Assembly: GCA_034530875.2 (NCBI GenBank)
Contig: JAVRCJ020000014.1
Location: 141,189-205,188 of the forward strand
DNA length: 64,000 nt
Origin: Nostoc sp. DedSLP01
GTDB taxonomy: Bacteria > Cyanobacteriota > Cyanobacteriia > Cyanobacteriales > Nostocaceae
Direction: 5' to 3'
The notes beneath the pieces were generated by a model. The model saw only the letters and a program-made list of their open reading frames with translations, did not search any database and had not been told where the DNA came from. Shown here piece by piece: positions 31,096 to 40,689 of the stretch. Made by a program: the position numbers and the translations under genes. Each line of letters begins with the position of its first letter. Position 1 is the first letter of the stretch.

Positions 31096-32388
31096 ATGAA
31101 ATTTACAATTCTCAGCACTCCCTTTGCACTCATCCTATTTAGCCTGATGTTGCAAACAGCTGATGCTCAAACTTCCGTAACTGAAAGTTCCAAGCTATCT
31201 CAAGAAGTTTCTGTACTTCGCAAACAAGGGCCAAGTGGATTAAAGGCATTTCTAAAATCTCATGCAAATCAGCTCGCCATTGATTCTTCAGGAGAAGTTC
31301 TACCTTCTGCAACATTGCGGATGGCTTTAGACGAACTCTGCCAACAACGCGACTGTTACGCCTCTCGTCTGTATTGGTACACTGACTTAGAACAAGCCAA
31401 AGCTGCTGCCAAAACTAGCGGCAAACCAATTCTATCTCTGCGGTTACTGGGCAGACTCGATCGCGATTTGAGTTGTGCTAATAGTAGATTCTTCAGGATT
31501 GCGCTATATCCAAATACTGAAATTTCTAAAGTGCTTCAAGACCGCTTCATTTTGCACTGGGAATCAGTACGGCCAGTACCAAAAGTAACAATTGATTTCG
31601 GCGATGGGCGCAAGTTGGAACGTACAATTACAGGCAATAGCATTCATTACATCTTAGATGCGTCAGGTCGTCCCATCGATGCAATTCCAGGATTGTATGC
31701 TCCTAAAGCATTTCTGCGTCAGCTACAGCAGGCTGAAGTAGCAGCAAAAAGTTATAGCAAACTTACACGAGCCGAAGGCGAGGCTTTTTTAAAAAAATAT
31801 CATAGCGATCGCTACAATTCTATCCAAACCCAATGGCTTGCAGATTTATCCCGCTTGGGCATCCAGTCTCCGCCTAAGTTGGTGGAATTTCCCAATAATT
31901 CCACTCAGCCGCCGACAGCAGAAACTGCAAGCACTTTAGCAGTTTCTAAAATGATGGTTGAAAGCCCTATGCTCAGGGCACTCCGGTCTGCCCAAGAAAA
32001 TCAAAAGGCTTTAGCTGAAATTACCGACCAACAAGCATGGAATAAAATTGCTCAACTTTATGCCAGCGATAGCAAGCTAGATCGAAACAGCATCTCTTTA
32101 ATGAGAGCTAAAAAGTTTCACTCTGGCAACACTCCACAAGATAATTTGCCGATAATAGTGAAAAATTTTGAAGCTGCAATGGCTTTAGATACAGTCAGAA
32201 ATGAATATGTATTGCACAGCCAAATTCATCAATGGTTTATGGCAGGTCAGCAAACAAGGACTGTGCAAGCTCTCAATCAGCAAGTATACGCCGAACTCTT
32301 TTTAACTCCTAATTCTGACCCCTGGCTGGGGCTTCTCCCCGCCGATGGCTACAGTGCGATTGATAATGATGGCATTAAGCTGGAGTAA
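31096..32388 (+). CDS. Secreted hypothetical protein with a thioredoxin-like domain
   Basis: Signal peptide (ADA-Q); WYTDLEQAKAAAKTSGKPIL...SCANSR...LQDRFILHW resembles Thioredoxin_7-type folds. Confidence 0.7.
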   Translation: MKFTILSTPFALILFSLMLQTADAQTSVTESSKLSQEVSVLRKQGPSGLKAFLKSHANQLAIDSSGEVLPSATLRMALDELCQQRDCYASRLYWYTDLEQAKAAAKTSGKPILSLRLLGRLDRDLSCANSRFFRIALYPNTEISKVLQDRFILHWESVRPVPKVTIDFGDGRKLERTITGNSIHYILDASGRPIDAIPGLYAPKAFLRQLQQAEVAAKSYSKLTRAEGEAFLKKYHSDRYNSIQTQWLADLSRLGIQSPPKLVEFPNNSTQPPTAETASTLAVSKMMVESPMLRALRSAQENQKALAEITDQQAWNKIAQLYASDSKLDRNSISLMRAKKFHSGNTPQDNLPIIVKNFEAAMALDTVRNEYVLHSQIHQWFMAGQQTRTVQALNQQVYAELFLTPNSDPWLGLLPADGYSAIDNDGIKLE

Positions 32389-32483
32389 TACTAATTCGTA
32401 ATTCGTAATTCGTAATTAAGAAACTTAGAAGCAGTAAGACTTTCCTAATTTACATCTTTTGCTTGATTTTGGAGAATTGGTAG
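32388..32483. mobile_element. MITE-like element (ATACCAATTC family)
   Basis: ATACTAATTC...GAATTGGTAG; aligns with the reverse complement of 49608-49717. Confidence 0.7.
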
Positions 32484-32583
32484 AAGTTTTCACAACCAAT
32501 GCCCCATACCCAATGCCCCCATAAGGAATATGGCGATCTAAGATTATTAGGTATCTTCTAATTTGCGATCGCTACTAAGACTG

Positions 32584-33579
32584 ATGATTGAAGTTGAGCA
32601 TTTGAGTAAAATATACGGTTCTACCCCAGCGATTACTGATGTCACTTTTAGCGTCGAACCAGGGGAAATTTTAGGCTTGCTGGGGCCGAATGGTGCTGGT
32701 AAAACTACAACGATGCGGATTCTGGCTGGTTATTTACCGGCAACCAGTGGTAATGCCCGAATTGCTGGTTATGATGTCCACGAACATTCTCTGGCTGTGC
32801 GCCAAAGAATTGGTTATTTACCGGAAACACCGCCGTTATATACAGAAATGACGGTGGAGGGATTTTTGCATTTTGTCGCACGAATTAAGGGAGTTCCAGC
32901 AGGCGATCGCACCAATAAGGTAACAGCAGCGATCCAACGCTGTAATTTACAAGATAAGCGTCGGGTAATTATTCGCAAACTTTCTAAAGGATATCGCCAA
33001 CGGGTGGGAATTGCTCAAGCGATCGTCCACGATCCTCCAGCAATCATTCTCGATGAACCCACAGTGGGACTCGATCCCAGACAAATAATTGACGTGCGGA
33101 ATTTAATTAAAAGTCTGGCTGGTACTCACACAATTATTCTCTCTACACACATTCTCCCAGAAGTGAGTATGACCTGTAGCCGCGTTGCCATCATTAATCG
33201 CGGAAAGGTAGTTGCAACTAATACACCAGAAAATTTAATGGCGCAGTTGACAGGTGGCTCAGGATATGAGATAGAAATCGAAGGAGAAGCCGCCCTCGCC
33301 AAACAGGTATTACAGAATATCCCAGGCGTCAGTCTGGTAGAATCAATTCCGGCAGCAGGAATACACAATCATCATCAATCCCAGGCGAATCGGGCTTACC
33401 TGCGGGTGATATCGCAACCGGGGAAAGAACCAGGAAAAGATATTGCCACAACATTAGTGCGTGCAGGATTCGGTTTACATGAATTGCGGCGAGTTAACGC
33501 TACTTTAGAAGATGTGTTTTTGCAACTGACCACAGAAGAAAAGAATTTAGAAGCAGTCACACAAGGAGAAGCCGCGTAA
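32584..33579 (+). CDS. ABC transporter ATP-binding protein (GldA-like)
   Basis: GPNGAGKTT, LSKGYRQR, ILDEPT, STH. Confidence 0.93.
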   Translation: MIEVEHLSKIYGSTPAITDVTFSVEPGEILGLLGPNGAGKTTTMRILAGYLPATSGNARIAGYDVHEHSLAVRQRIGYLPETPPLYTEMTVEGFLHFVARIKGVPAGDRTNKVTAAIQRCNLQDKRRVIIRKLSKGYRQRVGIAQAIVHDPPAIILDEPTVGLDPRQIIDVRNLIKSLAGTHTIILSTHILPEVSMTCSRVAIINRGKVVATNTPENLMAQLTGGSGYEIEIEGEAALAKQVLQNIPGVSLVESIPAAGIHNHHQSQANRAYLRVISQPGKEPGKDIATTLVRAGFGLHELRRVNATLEDVFLQLTTEEKNLEAVTQGEAA

Positions 33580-34392
33580 ATGGGTGTAATACTGGGTAAT
33601 ATTGTTGCGATTTATCGCCGAGAGTTACAGAGTTATTTTGTATCGCCTTTGGCTTATGCGATCGCTTGTGTATTTTGGTTCATTGCTGGGTTATTTTTCG
33701 TGATGATTTTGCTAGGGCCAGATGGCATCTTAGCAGGAGTTGCAGCCCTAGATGCACAGGGGCAACAATTTCAGGTGCCAATTCCGCCGATAGATGTCCC
33801 CTACGAATTTATTCGCGCATTTTTGGATCGCATAGGGTGGCTGTTATTATTTATCTTGCCAATTCTTTCAATGGGGCTTTATGCCGAAGAACGCAAGCGT
33901 GGGACTTTAGAACTTTTAGCCACCTCACCAATTACCAACTGGGCGGTAGCTGTCGGTAAATTATTAGGCGTGGTGACATTTTTGCTGACAATGGTCATAC
34001 CTATGTTAGTGCTAGAAGCGATCGCGATCGGCGGTTCAAATCCCCCAATGGCATTTACAATTCCCCTACTGGGTCATTTAGGATTAATCTTACTAGCAGC
34101 AGCAATTTTATCTTTAGGAATGTTTATTTCCTCATTAACAGACAGCACAATTCTGTCTGCCGTTCTTACCTTTGCAGTCATCTTATTGTTGTTATTGATT
34201 GACTTAATTGCCAAAATTCTCCCCAATCCTCTAGGCGAAGCCATAGGTCATTTCTCATTACTGAAACATTACAACACCTTTATTCAAGGCATTTTTGATA
34301 CCAGCGCCTTGATTTTATTCGCCAGTTATATTTTTTTGGGCATCTTTCTCACAGCTCAATCAATTGATGCACTGCGTTTTCAGCGTAATTAG
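33580..34392 (+). CDS. ABC-2 type permease (GldF-like)
   Basis: RELQSYF.SP.AY, AEERKRGTLELL, six TM helices. Confidence 0.9.
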   Translation: MGVILGNIVAIYRRELQSYFVSPLAYAIACVFWFIAGLFFVMILLGPDGILAGVAALDAQGQQFQVPIPPIDVPYEFIRAFLDRIGWLLLFILPILSMGLYAEERKRGTLELLATSPITNWAVAVGKLLGVVTFLLTMVIPMLVLEAIAIGGSNPPMAFTIPLLGHLGLILLAAAILSLGMFISSLTDSTILSAVLTFAVILLLLLIDLIAKILPNPLGEAIGHFSLLKHYNTFIQGIFDTSALILFASYIFLGIFLTAQSIDALRFQRN

Positions 34393-34397
34393 TCATT

Positions 34398-35969
34398 ATG
34401 AAGATAGTCGTAAAGAAAAAATTGTGGAAATATCTATTTTGGCTAGGCCCGTTCTTTGTTGCTGTGGGGTTAACAGTAGGGTTAGTCTCCGAACAGTGGG
34501 GACTGATTCCATTAGCATTTTTAATTACGGGAATTGTCATTATTGGATTGTGGATAATATCGCAAAGTTATCAAACTAAATGGTGGAACCGTCGGTCTAC
34601 CCAAGCTGGGACTAATGCTTTAGTAGCAACTCTAGCAGTATTAGTAATTTTGGGATTGATTAATTTTTTAGGAACTCGCTATCAGTTACGTGCAGATTTA
34701 ACAGAGTCTCAATTATTTACCCTTGCACCTCAGTCACGGGAATTAGTAAAAGCTCTGCCACAGCCAGTTAAAGTTTGGGTGTTTGATATTAATCAGAATC
34801 CCGAAGACCAACAATTACTAGAAAATTATCGGCGGCAAGGCTCAAAGTTTAGTTTTGAATATGTCGATCCGCAACTTAGACCAGGAATAGCAGAAAGAAT
34901 TGGTGCCAAGGAGTTTGGCGAAGTTTATCTAGAATACGGGGATAAAAAAGAATTAGTACAAACACTAAATCAAAACGAACGTCTCTCGGAAATAAAATTA
35001 ACTAGTCGCCTACAAAAATTAACAAGTTCAACAACAGGGAAAATTTACTTACTCCAAGGTCATGGCGAACGCCAACTTTCACCAGGTAAAGGTGCAATAA
35101 CCAGAGCAATTGAGGGATTAAAAGATAAAAATTACGTCACAGAACCGCTGAATTTCACAGAAATCCCAAAAGTTCCTCAGGATGCTGCTGTAGTCATAGT
35201 AGCTGGCCCCAAGCGAGGATTGTTTGAAAGTGAAGTCAAAGCTTTGCAAGAATACCTCAATCGAAGTGGTAACTTGCTGTTAATGCTCGATCCTAATACC
35301 GATCCCAAACTTGACAGCTTGCTAAAAGAGTGGGGCGTTCGTTTAGATAATCGTTTAGCAGTGGATGTTTCAAGTGAAAGTGTCGTGGGACTAGGCCCTG
35401 CCGCGCCTTTAGTAACACAATACGGACAACATCCGATTACCAAAGATTTCGGCAACGATATTTCTTTTTATCCCATTGCCAGACCTCTGGAAATTACCCC
35501 AGTACCTGGTGTCGAAGCTACACCTCTAGTACAAACCAAACAATATCCTAGTAGCTGGGCAGAAAGCGACCTACAAAGCGAAAAATTGGAATTTAATCCA
35601 GATAAAGACCTTAAAGGGCCTCTGATTTTAGGTGCTGCTTTTACAAGAAAACAAACAGCCAAATCTACACCTTCCCCGACTCCCTCATCTCAAACATCCA
35701 CCGAGTCACGCTTAGTCGTTTTCGGTAATTCTAACTTTGCCACCGATGGCTTGTTTGAAAGGCAACTAAACGGAGATGTATTTCTCAACTCAGTTACCTG
35801 GCTGAATCAACAAGATAAACAACCGCTTTCCATTCGCCCCAAAGAACCGAAAAATCGCCGAATAACCATGACAACCATCCAAGCCAATGTTTTAACACTG
35901 TCATCTTTGGTAGTTTTACCGCTTATTGGGTTGGCTACAGCAGTTATTCTCTGGTGGCAACGGAGGTAA
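34398..35969 (+). CDS. GldG family ABC transporter auxiliary component
   Basis: DLT....FTL, YVDP, GHGE, HPIT, SRLVVFGNSNF, C-terminal TM + WWQRR. Confidence 0.88.
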   Translation: MKIVVKKKLWKYLFWLGPFFVAVGLTVGLVSEQWGLIPLAFLITGIVIIGLWIISQSYQTKWWNRRSTQAGTNALVATLAVLVILGLINFLGTRYQLRADLTESQLFTLAPQSRELVKALPQPVKVWVFDINQNPEDQQLLENYRRQGSKFSFEYVDPQLRPGIAERIGAKEFGEVYLEYGDKKELVQTLNQNERLSEIKLTSRLQKLTSSTTGKIYLLQGHGERQLSPGKGAITRAIEGLKDKNYVTEPLNFTEIPKVPQDAAVVIVAGPKRGLFESEVKALQEYLNRSGNLLLMLDPNTDPKLDSLLKEWGVRLDNRLAVDVSSESVVGLGPAAPLVTQYGQHPITKDFGNDISFYPIARPLEITPVPGVEATPLVQTKQYPSSWAESDLQSEKLEFNPDKDLKGPLILGAAFTRKQTAKSTPSPTPSSQTSTESRLVVFGNSNFATDGLFERQLNGDVFLNSVTWLNQQDKQPLSIRPKEPKNRRITMTTIQANVLTLSSLVVLPLIGLATAVILWWQRR

Positions 35970-36101
35970 GAAAGGAGTAGGGGGCAGGGGAGGCATGGGA
36001 GTGTGGGGAGAGAGGGGGGATTTTTTCCATCCTCCCATACCTCCAACGCTTCCCCATGCTTTATACCCAATACTCTATAGCTAATAACAAATGACAAAAA
36101 G

Positions 36102-36731
36102 ATGAAATTGCCACGAACAACTTTAATTTTGATACTGCTAGCGCTGGGTTTAGGCGGTTTTGTTTACTTCTATGAAATTAAAGGTGCGACTCAGCGACAA
36201 GAAATTAAGGAGCAAAAGCAGCAAATTTTCTCTTTTGCTGAAGATGATGTGCAGGCTTTAACAGTCAAGACAAAAAAACTCACTCTGAATTTGGAACGTA
36301 GCAATCAATCCAATAATCCTAAGTGGTTAATTAAATCTCCAATATCCGAACCAGCAAATGATGCTATTGTTTCTTATTTGATGGATTTGTTAGTTAAAGG
36401 TAAAAGCGATCGCACCTTGTCAGTTGCACCAAATGAGCTTGGGCAGTTTGTTTTAGATAAACCACAAGCAACTATTAATATTACCTTAAAAAACAAACAA
36501 ATTCATCAGATAATTTTAGGTAAACATAACTTTAACGGCAGTTTTTTGTATGCTCAAGCTGACCCGCCTACCAAACCCGAAGGTAATGTAAATGTGTTAT
36601 TGGTATCGATAGATTTTGAAAATGCAGTAAATCGAGATTTATCAGAATGGAAACAAGCGACAGATAATAATATTAAATCAACACCTTTACCAAGCAATCT
36701 TCCTCTACCGGCTCCGACAAAGACCAAATAA
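36102..36731 (+). CDS. DUF4340-like membrane-anchored protein
   Basis: N-terminal TM; last gene of a GldA/F/G-like operon; W.I..P...AN pattern. Confidence 0.75.
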   Translation: MKLPRTTLILILLALGLGGFVYFYEIKGATQRQEIKEQKQQIFSFAEDDVQALTVKTKKLTLNLERSNQSNNPKWLIKSPISEPANDAIVSYLMDLLVKGKSDRTLSVAPNELGQFVLDKPQATINITLKNKQIHQIILGKHNFNGSFLYAQADPPTKPEGNVNVLLVSIDFENAVNRDLSEWKQATDNNIKSTPLPSNLPLPAPTKTK

Positions 36732-36742
36732 ACATAGTCCAT

Positions 36743-36768
36743 TAGGGGCGTACAGCTGTACGCCCCTA
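36743..36768. repeat. REP-like perfect palindrome
   Basis: TAGGGGCGTACAGCTGTACGCCCCTA. Confidence 0.8.
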
Positions 36769-36819
36769 CTTCAAATCTCACTAATTTTTCTAATACGAAT
36801 TTGCAAGTTAAGTTAGGTA

Positions 36820-36944
36820 GACATAATTAAATGTAAAATAAAAAAATTTAAAACCCTAAGAAAAACTGGCTTTTCCCTTTTGCCTCCTGCCGACGCTCGC
36901 GGACTCGCTAACGCTGCGCTATCCTGCCTTCTGCCTTCTACTTA
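36820..36944. repeat. Dispersed repeat, copy 2, carrying an extra GC-rich insert of about 30 bp
   Basis: Same ends as 8685-8781; extra GACGCTCGCGGACTCGCTAACGCTGCGCTAT. Confidence 0.65.
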
Positions 36945-36946
36945 CT

Positions 36947-37801
36947 ATGACTAATTCGACAGCAATATTGTTAATTTCTTGCCCCGATCGCCGGGGATTA
37001 GTGGCTAAATTTGCCAATTTCATCTATTCTAATGGTGGTAATATTATCCATGCCGATCAGCATACAGATTTTGCTGCTGGCTTATTTCTCACCCGCATTG
37101 AGTGGCAGTTAGACGGATTCAATTTACCGCGAGAATTTATTGCACCGGCTTTTAATGCGATCGCTCAACCTTTGGGTGCTAAATGGGAACTACATTTTTC
37201 TGATACTGTACCCCGTATTGCTATTTGGGTTAGTCGCCAAGACCATTGTTTGTTTGACTTGATTTGGCGACAACGTGCCAAAGAATTTATTGCTGAAATT
37301 CCTTTAATTATTAGCAACCATTCTAGTTTAAAAGCAGTGGCCGAGCAATTCGGTATTGATTACAAGTATATTCCGATTACTAAAGAAAACAAACTCGAAC
37401 AAGAAACCAAACAATTAGAATTACTCCGCCAATACAAAATAGATTTAGTTGTTTTGGCGAAATATATGCAGATTGTTAGTGCAGATTTTATTAATCAATT
37501 TCCACAAATTATTAATATTCATCACTCATTTTTACCAGCTTTTGTAGGCGCAAATCCTTATCACCGAGCTTTTGAACGGGGTGTCAAAATTATTGGTGCG
37601 ACTGCTCATTATGCTACTGCTGATTTAGATGCAGGGCCAATTATAGAACAGGATGTGGTACGAGTTAGCCACCGCGATGAAGTTGATGATTTGGTGAGGA
37701 AGGGCAAAGATTTAGAGCGAATTGTATTAGCAAGAGCAGTGCGATCGCACCTGCAAAATCGTGTCTTAGTCTATGGTAATCGGACAGTAGTATTTGAGTG
37801 A
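36947..37801 (+). CDS. purU: Formyltetrahydrofolate deformylase
   Basis: ACT domain CPDRRGLVA; INIHHSFLPAF.GA.PY; GVKIIGATAHY; DAGPIIEQ. Confidence 0.97.
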   Translation: MTNSTAILLISCPDRRGLVAKFANFIYSNGGNIIHADQHTDFAAGLFLTRIEWQLDGFNLPREFIAPAFNAIAQPLGAKWELHFSDTVPRIAIWVSRQDHCLFDLIWRQRAKEFIAEIPLIISNHSSLKAVAEQFGIDYKYIPITKENKLEQETKQLELLRQYKIDLVVLAKYMQIVSADFINQFPQIINIHHSFLPAFVGANPYHRAFERGVKIIGATAHYATADLDAGPIIEQDVVRVSHRDEVDDLVRKGKDLERIVLARAVRSHLQNRVLVYGNRTVVFE

Positions 37802-37810
37802 TTGTAAATC

Positions 37811-39427
37811 TTATATCTTAACGAGTGCTACGATCGCTGCTATCAGTTTTGAAGGATCGGCGGGTTTAGAAACATAGAGTTGAAATCCGGCGGCAAAAAC
37901 GTGTTTTTGTGTTGTTTCTGCGGCGTAAGCAGTAAGGGCGATCGCGGGAATATCTCCTCCTAAATCGGCCGGCATTGCTCTGATTTTTCGGATTAAGGTG
38001 TAACCGTCAACTTCTGGCATACCCAAATCGCTCAAGAGCAAATCTGGTTTTGACTCCATAATGGCAGCTAGGGCTTCTTTGGCAGATGCGGCAACTGTGA
38101 CGCTAGCTCCCTGTTGTTCTAATAGAAAAGCGAGAAACTCACGAGTATCAGCATCATCATCTACGATTAATAAACGTATTCCTTGTAGCGAACCATAAAG
38201 CACGGACAATGGATAAGGATTTTGCAATCCATTGCTATTTTCGCTTTGTGATTCCAGACTTTGTTGAAGCGGTGGTAAGGAAACTGTAAATGTCGCGCCA
38301 TGTCCTTCTCCCTTGCTCTGTGCTAAGACTGTACCGCCATGTAACTCGACTAATTGACGCACAATCGCTAAACCAAGTCCTAATCCGCCGTGGCTTCGGT
38401 TTGTACCACTATCTGCTTGCCGAAAATACTCAAATACGTGTGGTAGAAACTCAGGACTAATACCTTTACCATTATCGCTAACTTGCAGTTGTACCTGAGA
38501 ATTAATCTCTTCTAAATAGACTTCTATTTGTCCGCCAACTGGTGTAAATTTAATCGCGTTAGAAAGCAGATTCCAAACAATTTGTTGAATGCGGCTGCTA
38601 TCACCCTTTATCTGTACAATTCCTTTACCAAAATGAAGATTAATTTGAATCGACTTTGCTTCTGCTGCTAATTGCACTGTTTCTAAGGCAGCTTCAATAG
38701 TGGAAACAAGATTAACTGTTTCTAAATTCAGTGCTAGCTTACCCCGGAGAATCCGCGAGATATCCAACAAGTCTTCAATTAACTGAGCTTGTAATTGAGC
38801 GTTTCGTTCGATGGTTTCAACGGCACGAGCAGTTGCAGCGGCGTTTAATGAGCGATTTTTTAGTAGCTTTGCCCAACCCAAAATAGGACTCAAAGGAGAA
38901 CGAAGTTCGTGAGAAACAATTGCTAAAAATTCATCTTTAATTTTGTTTGCTGTTTCAGCAACTTCTTTAGCACGTTGGCGTTCTTCTGCTATTGCTAAAG
39001 CTTGGTCTCGAAGGTTTTTATATTCCTGAACTCTAAAGGTTAAATCTGTAAAATCTTCAATTGAGAACAGAGCATAAAATCCATCTCCATCGAATGCAGA
39101 TACACTACTAACTGTTGTGTGTTGAATGCGATATCTATCTTCTGATAAAGGTACAGGAATAATATATTTATGCAGTTGAGAAGAAAAAATTGCTGGCGGG
39201 CCGCCCTCAAAAATTTGGCGCAAGCGGCTAGTATAACGAGGCTGATTCAAATGGGAAAAATATTCATAAATAGAAGTTCCTAAAATCTTACTTCTGGAAA
39301 TTTTTGTCCATTCTTCTAAACAGGAGTTCCAGAATAAAACAATATAATTTGACTGTAGAACAAAAGCTCCTAACGGAATTTTATCTAAAAGGCTAAATTT
39401 TTCCTGAGCTTGTTCGATGATGTTCAT
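37811..39427 (-). CDS. PAS-containing hybrid histidine kinase (HisKA-HATPase-REC)
   Basis: FLAIVSHELRSPL, NLLSNAIKFT, DNGKGI, GLGLGL; receiver LIVDDD...LLSDLGMP. Confidence 0.93.
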   Translation of the reverse strand: MNIIEQAQEKFSLLDKIPLGAFVLQSNYIVLFWNSCLEEWTKISRSKILGTSIYEYFSHLNQPRYTSRLRQIFEGGPPAIFSSQLHKYIIPVPLSEDRYRIQHTTVSSVSAFDGDGFYALFSIEDFTDLTFRVQEYKNLRDQALAIAEERQRAKEVAETANKIKDEFLAIVSHELRSPLSPILGWAKLLKNRSLNAAATARAVETIERNAQLQAQLIEDLLDISRILRGKLALNLETVNLVSTIEAALETVQLAAEAKSIQINLHFGKGIVQIKGDSSRIQQIVWNLLSNAIKFTPVGGQIEVYLEEINSQVQLQVSDNGKGISPEFLPHVFEYFRQADSGTNRSHGGLGLGLAIVRQLVELHGGTVLAQSKGEGHGATFTVSLPPLQQSLESQSENSNGLQNPYPLSVLYGSLQGIRLLIVDDDADTREFLAFLLEQQGASVTVAASAKEALAAIMESKPDLLLSDLGMPEVDGYTLIRKIRAMPADLGGDIPAIALTAYAAETTQKHVFAAGFQLYVSKPADPSKLIAAIVALVKI

Positions 39428-39545
39428 TGGGCGATCGCAACTTTTAATATTGTTATGTATGCAGCAAATGTAAACTCTTTCTAGAGGGAGGGAGTAGGGA
39501 GTAGGGAATGGGGAGTAGATTTGTTTGTAACTCCTAACAGGATTG

Positions 39546-40154
39546 CTATATTACTTGCAGTTCCTCGTTTATTGCATTAATCAGTACATCAAAAGTACCT
39601 ACTAAAAAGATTAAAAGAATATCTCCAATAATTTCTAATTGTTCAATTGCGAATCTAGCTTGTGCTAGTAAAATTTTTGAATTGCTCTCATCGGCAGACA
39701 ACAATAAATTTTCGATTTTATCTTCTAAATATATTGGCAATGTGTAATTCACATGTTGCTTTAATACATTAGTCAGCGAACCCATTACTCCATTGATGAC
39801 AATGTTACCAATTTCGCTCAAGGTGCTAATTTTCACTGCATCTAAATCTGCCGATCCTGGTTCTTCACCTGTAAGTGCTGAAACCAATGTTGAGGCGCTG
39901 TCAGTAGGAAAAATTAAGCCAGCAGTGCCATAAAAAGAACCTGTAAAGCCTAGCTTGACAGTTGCCAAACTTTCATCACGAAATCGGGGTGCTAATTCTT
40001 GATAAGCATCTGAAACAGTTAACACTTTTACAAATGGAGTTTGGAGATGAATATGACAATCTAGCATTTCATTGAGTAGACTGGCTGCTCGACCAACTCC
40101 AATATTAATTAATTCCTGTAAGGCATCTAGTTCTTCTACTGTTACATTCATCAA
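39546..40154 (-). CDS. cheC: CheC-like chemotaxis phosphatase
   Basis: DALQELINIGVGRAA and STLSEIGNIV (two ExxN motifs). Confidence 0.85.
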   Translation of the reverse strand: MMNVTVEELDALQELINIGVGRAASLLNEMLDCHIHLQTPFVKVLTVSDAYQELAPRFRDESLATVKLGFTGSFYGTAGLIFPTDSASTLVSALTGEEPGSADLDAVKISTLSEIGNIVINGVMGSLTNVLKQHVNYTLPIYLEDKIENLLLSADESNSKILLAQARFAIEQLEIIGDILLIFLVGTFDVLINAINEELQVI

Positions 40155-40157
40155 AAA

Positions 40158-40523
40158 TTATTCCTTAGTATTAACAACTTCTTGGATTGCCTTTCGCAAT
40201 TCATTTTCTTTGACGGGTTTATTAATAAAGTTTACTGCTCCTAAGTTATAGCTTTGATTGCGCGAACCTTCTTGAATATCGGCTGAGATAATGATTACAG
40301 GTATTTTGAATTCTTCTTCTTGCATAGCTTTAAGAAATTCAAAACCATCCATATCAGGCATGAGAAGATCCGCTAACACACAATTTGGTTTATGGTTATG
40401 AACCATTTCTAATCCTTCCCGTCCATTTGCTGCTTCTAGAATTTCATAACCATCTAGTTGTAAATACTTGCGGATCATTCTCCGAGAAAAGGCTGCATCA
40501 TCGATAATTAGAACTACTGTCAT
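40158..40523 (-). CDS. Single-domain response regulator (CheY-like)
   Basis: VLIIDD, ADLLMPDMDG, ISAD, KP. Confidence 0.9.
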   Translation of the reverse strand: MTVVLIIDDAAFSRRMIRKYLQLDGYEILEAANGREGLEMVHNHKPNCVLADLLMPDMDGFEFLKAMQEEEFKIPVIIISADIQEGSRNQSYNLGAVNFINKPVKENELRKAIQEVVNTKE

Positions 40524-40689
40524 CAGCTTGATTAGCAAATAGAGAATAAATATAATTTTACAATTTCAGTCAAGACGATTTTTATTCCTAACATAAAATT
40601 AAACATCTATTCAAAGAAGGATGTTGGTGCAATTTAAAAAGTAAATTAGTATTAACATAAGATATATATATTTTGAGTTTTTTAAGGTA

